From Leeuwenhoekiella sp. (GTDB lineage: Bacteria; Bacteroidota; Bacteroidia; Flavobacteriales; Flavobacteriaceae), in the NCBI RefSeq assembly GCF_002708845.1, contig NZ_PAPI01000035.1: a stretch of DNA of 64,000 nt; one strand, given 5' to 3'. The translations under genes and the position numbers were made by a program. Position 1 is the first letter of the stretch; every line of letters begins with the position of its first letter. Shown here one piece after another: positions 33,143 to 41,801 of this stretch. Under the pieces are notes generated by a model. That model searched no databases. It was given only the letters and a program-made list of their open reading frames with translations, and was not told the origin of the DNA.

Positions 33143-35923
33143 ATGAAACAAATTTATCTAGTTTTACTAGGACTCTTTTTAACCGCTAGCGCTTTTGCAC
33201 AGGGTACAGGAAGTGTAGTAGGGGTATTGAGTGATAAAGAAATGAATAACGAGCCGTTGCCATTTGCAACTGTTCAATTAAAAGGTACAACTAAAGGTAC
33301 CACAACAGATTTTGATGGTCTTTATGAGATTGCAAATGTGGAGGCAGGTACCTATACCGTAGTGTTTAGTTTCGTAGGTTATGAGACTGTAGAAATTCCG
33401 AATGTAGTAGTAGAAGCAGGAAAGGTTACCACGATCAATACCGGTCTGGGGGCAACAGCTGCTGCACTTGATGAGGTAGTAATTACAACAACTGTTTCAC
33501 GCGAATCTGAGGTAGCATTACTTCTTGAGCAAAAAAATGCAACCGCCATTCAGCAGAGTATAGGTGCAGATGAATTGGCCCGTAAAGGTGTAAGTGACGC
33601 TGCGGCCGCAATTGCAAAAATCTCGGGCGTTTCTAAACAATCTGGAGGATCAGGTAACGTATATGTACGTGGTTTGGGAGATCGATATTTAAATACTACT
33701 TATAACGGGCTATCACTTCCTTCAAATGACATTGAGCGTAAGAATATAGACCTGGATCTTTTCCCATCTGATATTATTCAGAATGTGGCGGTAAGTAAAG
33801 CATATTCAACAAAATTCTATGGGGATTTTGCTGCTTCAAACGTAGATGTAATCGCTAAAGATTATAAAGGAAGAGGTTTTTTAGATATTTCATTGGGTAC
33901 CGGAATTAACACGCGTGCTGCAGGAAAAGATTTCGTACGCAGTGAAGGTACCGGCTATTTCGGTTTTTACAACCGTTATGACAACAATCCCTTTGCTGTT
34001 GTGCTCTCACAGCCCGTTGACCCGGTAGATGGTGGGCAACCTATTAATTTAAACGGAAGCATCAGCGGTGGTACATCTTTTGACTTTGGAAATGAGACGC
34101 GTTTAAGTGTTTTTGCGACAGCATCGTTTACAAATGATTTTGAATACCGAAGAGGGTCAAAAGCAGATTTCACCAGTGTTTATAAACAACGCTTTGATGA
34201 CGTTGAAGAGTTTGAGTATTCTACAACGACTACTGCGATGGCAAATCTTATCTATCGTATAAACAGTAAACACCGTATTTCGTACAACTCATTATTCCTG
34301 AACAGTTCGTCAGACGAAGTAGGAGATTATGGTGTAGATGGTACCGGTACAAACCGGGACGCGATCATCAATACCGATGAAGGCTTCTTTGTGAGAAACA
34401 TTTTATTTAGCCAAGACATGATTTTTGTAAATCAGCTTTCAGGAGATCATCAGTTTAATGATAAGCTGGAGCTAAGCTGGGGAGTGGGTTACAACCGTGT
34501 TTTTGCAAGACAACCTGATCGTAAGCGCTTCACGCTTGAAAACTATCAGTTGACACTAGATGATGATCCCAATACCAATCCGTCATTTTATAACAACACA
34601 AACTTTGATAACCAGCGCTATTTTCAGGATATAGAAGACGAAGAGCTTAACAGCCGCTTAAATCTGGAGTATACCGCTTCAGAAGCAGTAAAATGGAATT
34701 TTGGTTACAATGGCAGAACCAAGACCCGTGATTTTAAAAACATTCGTTACGGTTACGATCTTCTTGAGCCTCGTACCGAAGTGTCGGATATAAATAATCT
34801 GGACGGTGTTTTCAATCTTGAAAATTTAGGAACTATTTACGACACCTTTGTTTTTAGACCACTAGCGCCGGAGTATGGTATTCTTAACCGCAACTTTCCT
34901 GGTAACTATGAAAATACCTATAATGGTAAACTGGATATTCACGCAGGTTATATCAATGCCGAAATTACAACCGGAAAGTGGTTATTTGTTCCCGGTTTCC
35001 GTCTGGAATCTTTTAGACAATCTATCGCTTATGATGTGATTAACCTGGGAAGTAATGGTATAGGGGAAGCCAGCGGATATGAGAATTTTTATCTACCCAG
35101 TTTGAATGTTAAGTACGCTTTAAATGACGATTCAAATCTGCGTTTTTCATTCTCAAAAACAGTTTCATTCCCAGAATTTAAAGAAGTAGCTCCCTTTGTA
35201 TATGAAGATGTAACACAACGTGTGGGTGGTAATCCAGATTTGCTTAATGATCCTGCGGTTTCTAACATTTATAATCTTGACCTCAAGTACGAATGGTTCT
35301 TTGGAAAAGGGGAATTGTTGTCGCTTTCAGGATTTGGTAAGCAGATTAATGATCCAATAAACAAAGTAATCGCAAATGATGCTACCGGTACTCAGCGTTA
35401 TTTTAGAACCGGTGATAAGGCGACGGTTTACGGGCTAGAATTTGAATTACGCAAAAACTTAATCAGTAACGAAAACGAGCAGCCGGTTTTGGCTGCAGGT
35501 CTTAATGCCACCGTTATGAAAACGGAACAAAAACTTAAAAGTTCGGACGGTTTGTTTTCCTCAACCCTTGACCGTACCGATGAGTTGCAGGGTGCTTCTC
35601 CTTATTTGATTAATGCTGACTTAAGCTATAGCCCTACTTTGGGTGGTTACAAACCTGTAGCTAACCTGATCTACTCTTACTTTGATGATCGTATTGAGGC
35701 ATTGGGTGCAGGTCAATTGGGTAATATTATTGAAAAAGGAGTACACAATCTTGACTTTGTTTTGCGCAACGAGTTGGGTAGTAACTGGGAGGTTAATCTT
35801 AGCGCAAAAAACCTATTAGATCCCGATATCCAATACTTTAGGGCAGAACCTACCGGTGATATAATCATCTCAGATTATAGGCGAGGTATTGACTTAGGAC
35901 TTTCAGTAAAATATTCATTCTAA
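33143..35923 (+). CDS. TonB-dependent outer membrane receptor (CarboxypepD_reg + plug + barrel), not SusC-type
   Basis: Signal peptide MKQIYLVLLGLFLTASAFA and a GVLSD…TDFDGLYEI regulatory-like domain. It also has a plug (GNVYVRGLGDRYLNTTYNG) and a C-terminal barrel ending YSF. Confidence 0.88.
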   Translation: MKQIYLVLLGLFLTASAFAQGTGSVVGVLSDKEMNNEPLPFATVQLKGTTKGTTTDFDGLYEIANVEAGTYTVVFSFVGYETVEIPNVVVEAGKVTTINTGLGATAAALDEVVITTTVSRESEVALLLEQKNATAIQQSIGADELARKGVSDAAAAIAKISGVSKQSGGSGNVYVRGLGDRYLNTTYNGLSLPSNDIERKNIDLDLFPSDIIQNVAVSKAYSTKFYGDFAASNVDVIAKDYKGRGFLDISLGTGINTRAAGKDFVRSEGTGYFGFYNRYDNNPFAVVLSQPVDPVDGGQPINLNGSISGGTSFDFGNETRLSVFATASFTNDFEYRRGSKADFTSVYKQRFDDVEEFEYSTTTTAMANLIYRINSKHRISYNSLFLNSSSDEVGDYGVDGTGTNRDAIINTDEGFFVRNILFSQDMIFVNQLSGDHQFNDKLELSWGVGYNRVFARQPDRKRFTLENYQLTLDDDPNTNPSFYNNTNFDNQRYFQDIEDEELNSRLNLEYTASEAVKWNFGYNGRTKTRDFKNIRYGYDLLEPRTEVSDINNLDGVFNLENLGTIYDTFVFRPLAPEYGILNRNFPGNYENTYNGKLDIHAGYINAEITTGKWLFVPGFRLESFRQSIAYDVINLGSNGIGEASGYENFYLPSLNVKYALNDDSNLRFSFSKTVSFPEFKEVAPFVYEDVTQRVGGNPDLLNDPAVSNIYNLDLKYEWFFGKGELLSLSGFGKQINDPINKVIANDATGTQRYFRTGDKATVYGLEFELRKNLISNENEQPVLAAGLNATVMKTEQKLKSSDGLFSSTLDRTDELQGASPYLINADLSYSPTLGGYKPVANLIYSYFDDRIEALGAGQLGNIIEKGVHNLDFVLRNELGSNWEVNLSAKNLLDPDIQYFRAEPTGDIIISDYRRGIDLGLSVKYSF

Positions 35924-35962
35924 AATATAGTAACCAAAAATTTACACTTAACACTTAACAAA

Positions 35963-37135
35963 ATGAAGACTAATTATTTATTTTCAAGTTTGCTGGCTGC
36001 TGCGATTCTTTTCGCATCTTGCGAAGCAGATGATACTGCTGATATTGTTATCAATGTTGACGGAAACGGAGGAACTCAAACTCCGGTAACGGGAACCGAA
36101 TTGAAAGGCACTTACACTTCAGACCTTAGCCTTCAGGCGGGTCAGGAGTACACACTTACCGACGCTTTGGTAATGGCGCCAAACACAAAGCTTACAATAC
36201 CTGCTGGTACAACTATCAAAGCGACTAACGGAGCAAACGTCTACATTGCGATTTCACAAGGTGCAGAGATTGATGCACAGGGAACAGCTAACAATCCTAT
36301 CGTACTTACTTCAGCAGCGGCTAGCCCGGCAGCGGGTGATTGGGGAGGTTTAATTCTATTAGGAAAAGCACCTATCAACTCAACCAGCGGTTCTGCAACT
36401 TCAACTTCAGAAATTGGAAGTCTTCCTTATGGAGGTGGTGATGCTTCAGATTATTCAGGAGTAATTAAATATGTGCGTGTTGAATATTCTGGCGGTGCTG
36501 CAGATGGCCAGTCAGAGAACAACGGTTTTTCGTTCTACGGTGTAGGAAATGGTACTGTTGTAGATCACATTCAGGCATTTAAAGGAAAAGATGACGGTGT
36601 TGAATTTTTTGGAGGTACAGTAAACGTAAGTTTTATCTCTGTAATTGATGCTGAAGATGATTCTGTTGACTGGACTGAAGGTTACTCAGGTACTTTGAAT
36701 AATATATACATTCAGCATGGAACTACTCACGACAAAGGGATTGAAGCAGATGGCTACAATACAGATATAGGTAACAACTCTAATCCTGTTTATTTTTCTG
36801 CTCCTACTGTGAGAAACCTTACTATTGTTGGTCAGGGTAACACCCCAGATACTGAAGCTGTACGCTTACGTGCAGGTACTCAAGGTATTTTTACCAATGT
36901 TGTCATACAAGGTTTTGAGGAAGGCTTTGATCTTGATGGTGATAAAGGAAATAGTCCTACAGGTCAAGGAGTTCTTGATGATAAATTACAGGTAAATGAT
37001 GTATTGTTTACTGATGTTACCACAAAAATGAAAAATGATACTACCTATGAGTTTACCATCGGTGATTTCATTTCAGGTGATGGTGATGGTACCGGTACCG
37101 ATTATGACAGCTGGAAAGCCGGCTGGACTAAATAA
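35963..37135 (+). CDS. Lipoprotein of unknown function paired with the TonB-dependent receptor
   Basis: Lipobox (…AILFASC|EADD). The protein is Gly/Thr/Asp-rich with recurring acidic motifs (KDDGVEFFGG, EDDSVDWTEGY, HDKGIEADGY, EEGFDLDGD). Starts 39 nt after the receptor gene. Confidence 0.7.
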   Translation: MKTNYLFSSLLAAAILFASCEADDTADIVINVDGNGGTQTPVTGTELKGTYTSDLSLQAGQEYTLTDALVMAPNTKLTIPAGTTIKATNGANVYIAISQGAEIDAQGTANNPIVLTSAAASPAAGDWGGLILLGKAPINSTSGSATSTSEIGSLPYGGGDASDYSGVIKYVRVEYSGGAADGQSENNGFSFYGVGNGTVVDHIQAFKGKDDGVEFFGGTVNVSFISVIDAEDDSVDWTEGYSGTLNNIYIQHGTTHDKGIEADGYNTDIGNNSNPVYFSAPTVRNLTIVGQGNTPDTEAVRLRAGTQGIFTNVVIQGFEEGFDLDGDKGNSPTGQGVLDDKLQVNDVLFTDVTTKMKNDTTYEFTIGDFISGDGDGTGTDYDSWKAGWTK

Positions 37136-37156
37136 TATTTATTTAAATTAGCCAAT

Positions 37157-37189
37157 AAAAAATCCCGGACACAACGTCCGGGATTTTTT
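37157..37189 (+). terminator. Rho-independent terminator of the receptor-lipoprotein operon
   Basis: AAAAAATCCCGGAC-acaac-GTCCGGGATTTTTT. Confidence 0.8.
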
Positions 37190-37211
37190 CTTTTTGTAAC
37201 AAGCGCAAATT

Positions 37212-37243
37212 AAAAAGGAGGATCAGCTGATCCTCCTTTTTTT
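37212..37243 (-). terminator. Rho-independent terminator downstream of aspS
   Basis: Perfect palindrome AAAAAGGAGGATCAG|CTGATCCTCCTTTTT, about 30 nt after the aspS stop. Confidence 0.8.
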
Positions 37244-37272
37244 ATTTATTAGAACTCTTTTAATCTATAGGA

Positions 37273-39021
37273 TTAAAGAGTGATCTTAAGATTCAATTCT
37301 TTAAGCTGCTCCTCATCAATCTTAGCCGGGGCATCAATCATCACATCGCGGCCGGCATTGTTTTTAGGGAAGGCGATAAAGTCGCGTATGGTTTCCTGAC
37401 CACCTAGAATCGCTACCAATCGGTCAAGGCCAAAAGCAAGGCCTCCGTGTGGCGGAGCACCATATTGAAAAGCATCCATAAGGAAGCCAAACTGTGCCTG
37501 AGCTTCTTCTTTGGTAAAGCCTAAATAGTCAAACATTTTAGACTGGGTCTCTTTATCGTGAATACGTATAGAGCCACCGCCTATTTCGTTTCCGTTTAAA
37601 ACAAGGTCGTAAGCGTTTGCTTTTACATCACCGGGATTGGTATCCAGCAATTCCATTTGGCCGGGCTTTGGTGAGGTAAAGGGATGGTGCATCGCGTGAT
37701 AGCGTTCGGTTTCTTCGTCCCATTCTAATAGTGGGAAGTCTACCACCCAAAGCGGTGCAAACTCGTCTGATTTGCGTAATCCCAACTGGGTTGCAAGCTC
37801 CATACGCAATGCGCTCAATTGCGTGCGTGTTTTGAAGGCTTCGCCGGAAAGAACACAGATTAAATCCCCGGGTTGAGCTCCGGTAGCTTCTGCCCATTTA
37901 GCCAGATCTTCCTGATCGTAAAATTTATCAACCGAAGATTTATAGCTTCCGTCTTCATTACATTTTACATAGACCATTCCCAAAGCTCCAACTTGTGGAC
38001 GCTTTACCCAATCAATCAACTTATCGATTTCTTTTCGGGTATAGCTCGCCCCACCGGGAACGGCAATACCTACTACCAATTCGGCATCATTAAATACTTT
38101 AAATTCTTTGTGTTGTGCAACGGCATTGAGTTCGCCGAATTCCATTCCAAAACGAATATCCGGCTTATCGTTACCGTATTTTGCCATTGCCTCGTCATAG
38201 GTCATTCTTGGGAAGTTTTCGATCTCAAAACCTACGACTTCTTTTAAAAGGTGTTTGGTTAATCCTTCAAAAACATTCAGGATATCTTCCTGCTCTACAA
38301 AAGCCATTTCGCAGTCAATCTGCGTAAATTCGGGCTGGCGGTCGGCACGTAAATCTTCGTCCCTAAAGCATTTTACAATCTGAAAATACTTATCCATTCC
38401 GCCCACCATAAGCAACTGCTTAAAGGTTTGTGGCGATTGCGGAAGCGCATAAAATTGCCCTTCGTTCATACGGCTGGGCACTACAAAATCACGGGCACCT
38501 TCAGGCGTAGATTTGATCAAATACGGAGTTTCAACTTCTATAAATCCTTTGTCAGACAGGTAATTACGCACCGCAATACTCACTTTGTGTCTAAAGATGA
38601 GTTTTTCTTTTACCGGATTACGCCGGATGTCGAGATAGCGGTATTTCATACGTAAATCCTCGCCGCCGTCGGTAGCATCTTCAATAGTAAATGGTGGCGT
38701 TTTGGCTTGATTTAAAATCTCAAGCTGCTCTACCAAAAGTTCTACATCACCGGTTGGCATTTTCGGGTTTTTAGATTCCCGCTCAATCACCTTTCCGGTA
38801 ACCTGAATCACAAATTCGCGTCCCAATGTTTTGGCCAGATCCATTACGTCTTTTGGCGTACGCTCCTCATCAAAAATAAGTTGGGTGATGCCGTAGCGAT
38901 CACGCAGATCAACCCAGATCATAAAGCCTTTATCACGGGTTTTTTGTACCCATCCGGCAAGAGTTACGGTTTCATTTATATGCTCGGCGCGTAGGGCTCC
39001 GTTATTATGCGTTCTGTACAT
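37273..39021 (-). CDS. aspS: Aspartate--tRNA ligase
   Basis: 582 aa with an N-terminal OB anticodon-binding domain. Class II motifs [18 protein letters not shown] and GGGSIRIH…GLAFGLDR. Confidence 0.95.
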   Translation of the reverse strand: MYRTHNNGALRAEHINETVTLAGWVQKTRDKGFMIWVDLRDRYGITQLIFDEERTPKDVMDLAKTLGREFVIQVTGKVIERESKNPKMPTGDVELLVEQLEILNQAKTPPFTIEDATDGGEDLRMKYRYLDIRRNPVKEKLIFRHKVSIAVRNYLSDKGFIEVETPYLIKSTPEGARDFVVPSRMNEGQFYALPQSPQTFKQLLMVGGMDKYFQIVKCFRDEDLRADRQPEFTQIDCEMAFVEQEDILNVFEGLTKHLLKEVVGFEIENFPRMTYDEAMAKYGNDKPDIRFGMEFGELNAVAQHKEFKVFNDAELVVGIAVPGGASYTRKEIDKLIDWVKRPQVGALGMVYVKCNEDGSYKSSVDKFYDQEDLAKWAEATGAQPGDLICVLSGEAFKTRTQLSALRMELATQLGLRKSDEFAPLWVVDFPLLEWDEETERYHAMHHPFTSPKPGQMELLDTNPGDVKANAYDLVLNGNEIGGGSIRIHDKETQSKMFDYLGFTKEEAQAQFGFLMDAFQYGAPPHGGLAFGLDRLVAILGGQETIRDFIAFPKNNAGRDVMIDAPAKIDEEQLKELNLKITL

Positions 39022-39121
39022 GCTTACTATTTTGAAGCTGCAAATTTAAGAAGTTAAGCCTGTATTTGAACTTAAATAGAAACAAAATAGCTGAGCACTG
39101 CTAAAAGAAAGGTGTTTAAAT

Positions 39122-39159
39122 AAAAAATCAGACCCTCTTATGAGAACGTCTGATTTTTT
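39122..39159 (-). terminator. Terminator-like hairpin downstream of the GMC oxidoreductase operon
   Basis: AAAAAATCAGAC…GTCTGATTTTTT with an inner CTC-ttat-GAG stem, about 40 nt after the stop at 39201. Confidence 0.6.
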
Positions 39160-39200
39160 AACTGAATTACAGAAAGCGAGAGTCTGTCCTTCCCAGGTGA

Positions 39201-39917
39201 TTAAGTAATCAAATTCCCTTTATCATCCCACTCTGCGATATCGCCGGCCTTAGTCGGATCCAGGCATTTGGCCAACCATTCTTTTTCGTAAGCCACACCG
39301 TGTTGATCCAGTACATCCTGTGGGACACCATCCCAAACATTGGGTTGATTGCCTTTATAGCCTATTTCTTTAATGCCTATTTCTGTAGTATAAAAACCGG
39401 TCATCGTAAGGTTGCGCACCAGCGAAAACCAGTTGACTTCAAAAGCACGCTCGCTTTGGGGTGTGTCTGCATCGTAAAAGGCAATGTCATCTAAAATCTC
39501 TTTTTGTTGTGCTTCGGAAGCTTTTTTGAATTCTAAATCAAAGCGCTTATTAGATTCATGATCCAGCCACATCAGACCGCCGCGCAACGGGTTTTGCATT
39601 TCGGGAACATCTTTTCCCGTAAAATTGATAAACTCTACAACTTCTGCGTCTGATGCACTGGCAAATTCATCGCTTCCGGGCAAAATAAGATCGCAAAGTA
39701 CGGTGAGTGTAGCCAACTCGTGTTCGTTAAGAAATTCGCCTTCTTTTACAGCTTCTATACCAGCATTTTCAGCTTCCGTACGCCATTTAACGCCGTCTTC
39801 CGGTCTTGAAGCAACTGGTGCAGGCGTTTCAAGATCGGGTTTGCAGCTTTGTAAGGCAAGACCTCCGGCCAGTGAGGCCAGTACCATAGATTTTATACTT
39901 TCTCTTCTATCCATCAC
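39201..39917 (-). CDS. Gluconate 2-dehydrogenase subunit 3-like small subunit with Tat-type signal / lipobox
   Basis: N-terminus MMDRRESIKSMVLASLAGGLALQSC. Its start abuts the stop of the GMC gene (39917/39918). Confidence 0.7.
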   Translation of the reverse strand: MMDRRESIKSMVLASLAGGLALQSCKPDLETPAPVASRPEDGVKWRTEAENAGIEAVKEGEFLNEHELATLTVLCDLILPGSDEFASASDAEVVEFINFTGKDVPEMQNPLRGGLMWLDHESNKRFDLEFKKASEAQQKEILDDIAFYDADTPQSERAFEVNWFSLVRNLTMTGFYTTEIGIKEIGYKGNQPNVWDGVPQDVLDQHGVAYEKEWLAKCLDPTKAGDIAEWDDKGNLIT

Positions 39918-41639
39918 TTAGAGGTTTTGTTTTTGAAGTTGGTCTACAATATATTCCGATGCACGCATTGAGAGGGCCAGGATGGTCCAGGTACAGTTCT
40001 TGTCTGCCTGCGAAACAAATACTCCGGCGTCAACCACAAACACATTATCTACATCGTGTAATTGGTGAAATTTATTAGTCACCGAAGTTTTAGGATCGTC
40101 GCCCATTCGGGTCGTTCCTACCTCGTGAATAATACGTCCCGGTTTGTGCAGTCCATAATTTTGTTCTTTTGTAGGTCTGTCACCCAGTACAATTCCGCCC
40201 ATATTGGTAAGTACTTCTTCAAAAGTATCTTGCATGTGTCTGGCCTGATTGCGTTCCAGATCTGACCATTTGTAATGAAAACGCAATACGGGAATACCAT
40301 ATTGATCGACTACATTCGGGTCGATTTCGCAGTAATTTTCATAGCGGGCGATGGATTCACCACGACCACTCATTCCTACAATGGCACCGTAGTATTTTTT
40401 GGCATCGCTGCGTAAAATATCGCCATAGCCTCCGGCATTGGTGCCAAAGAATTTATTGAAATCATTTACATTAAAGCCAAAGCCGTAGCTGGGCATGCCC
40501 ATGCCACCCCATACTTCGATGTGATAGCCACGTGGAAAATCCAATTTAGAATTATCGCCCCACCAGGGTGTATATACGTGCATGCCGCCCACGCCATCTT
40601 CGTTATACGAAACTTTGCGGTTCATCAGATCGGGTACGAAAGCCATACGATCGCCACCGGTAGAATCGTGAAGATAACGCCCCACCATATTACTGCTATT
40701 TCCTAGTCCGTTAGGATGTTGCTCGCTTTTAGAGTTGAGCAAGATACGCGCCGTACTACAAGCCGAAGCGCCCAGGATCACAACACGTCCTTTTAATTTA
40801 TACTCTTTACGATCTTCTTTATTGATGTACGAGACTCCGGTTGCTTTACCTTCTTCGTTAGTGGTGACTTCACGCACCATACAATTTACAAACAGATCTA
40901 CCTGACCTTTACTTTTTTGTGCCGGAAATACCAAACAGGTACCTGCCGAAAAATCGGCGTACGCCGAGCAGGCGCGGTTACACTGCCCGCAATAAAAGCA
41001 AACGCCGCGCTCATTATTGATGCGTTTGGTGAGCATAGACATACGCGAAGGATAGACCGGTAAATTGGTTTTACGGGCTCCTTTTATGTAAAAAAGTTCG
41101 TGCAGCCGTGGTTTGGGTGGAGGTAAAAAGAAACCATCGGGATCGTTTGGCAAACCTTCGTTAGTGCCAAAAACACCGATTAGTTTATCAACCCGATCAT
41201 AATAAGGCTTTACATCCTCATAACTAATAGGCCAGTTTTCACCGTAGCCGTCTACATCTTTATGTTTAAAATCTTTTGGTCCAAATCGCAGCGATATACG
41301 CCCCCAGTGATTGGTGCGCCCGCCCAGCATATGTGACCTAAACCAGTCAAACTCAGTACCGTCTTTATGCGTGTAAGGTTCGCCCTCAATTTCCCAGCCG
41401 CCATAAGCAGAATCAAACTCCCCGAAAGGACGGGTTTTGCCGCGGCCGCGACGCATGGATTCATAAGGCCAGCGTAATTGGGTGCGTTGATCAGGATCTG
41501 CAGGGTCAAAAAAGGGTCCCGCTTCTACCACAGCGATTTTGAGACCAGCTTCGGAAAGTATTTTGGTAGCCATACCGCCACCGGCGCCAGATCCTACAAT
41601 GATGGCATCGTAGAATGTGGCATCTTCAATTATTTGCAT
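39918..41639 (-). CDS. GMC-family FAD-dependent oxidoreductase (large subunit)
   Basis: FAD fingerprint DAIIVGSGAGGGMATKILSEAG at the N-terminus, and a GMC C-terminal region (…HEVGTTRMG…VVDAGVF…). No signal peptide of its own. Confidence 0.85.
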   Translation of the reverse strand: MQIIEDATFYDAIIVGSGAGGGMATKILSEAGLKIAVVEAGPFFDPADPDQRTQLRWPYESMRRGRGKTRPFGEFDSAYGGWEIEGEPYTHKDGTEFDWFRSHMLGGRTNHWGRISLRFGPKDFKHKDVDGYGENWPISYEDVKPYYDRVDKLIGVFGTNEGLPNDPDGFFLPPPKPRLHELFYIKGARKTNLPVYPSRMSMLTKRINNERGVCFYCGQCNRACSAYADFSAGTCLVFPAQKSKGQVDLFVNCMVREVTTNEEGKATGVSYINKEDRKEYKLKGRVVILGASACSTARILLNSKSEQHPNGLGNSSNMVGRYLHDSTGGDRMAFVPDLMNRKVSYNEDGVGGMHVYTPWWGDNSKLDFPRGYHIEVWGGMGMPSYGFGFNVNDFNKFFGTNAGGYGDILRSDAKKYYGAIVGMSGRGESIARYENYCEIDPNVVDQYGIPVLRFHYKWSDLERNQARHMQDTFEEVLTNMGGIVLGDRPTKEQNYGLHKPGRIIHEVGTTRMGDDPKTSVTNKFHQLHDVDNVFVVDAGVFVSQADKNCTWTILALSMRASEYIVDQLQKQNL

Positions 41640-41736
41640 GAATAGCGTGTTAGAATAAGGTCTTAATTTATTATTTTGTTAAATAGCCACCACTTTTCGA
41701 CAAACGCCCACCCTGAGACTACAGAACCCCGAACTT

Positions 41737-41781
41737 AAAACAAGCAAATGCCCCGAAATTCTCGAGGCATTTGCTTGTTTT
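41737..41781 (-). terminator. Rho-independent terminator downstream of the RND operon
   Basis: AAAACAAGCAAATGCC-ccgaaattctcga-GGCATTTGCTTGTTTT. Confidence 0.8.
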
Positions 41782-41801
41782 TAAAAAATCATAAATGAGG
41801 A

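Noticed and set aside
37628-38655. ORFs of 89, 124 and 75 aa overlapping aspS.
   Set aside because: These are shadow ORFs inside a highly conserved aminoacyl-tRNA synthetase gene.
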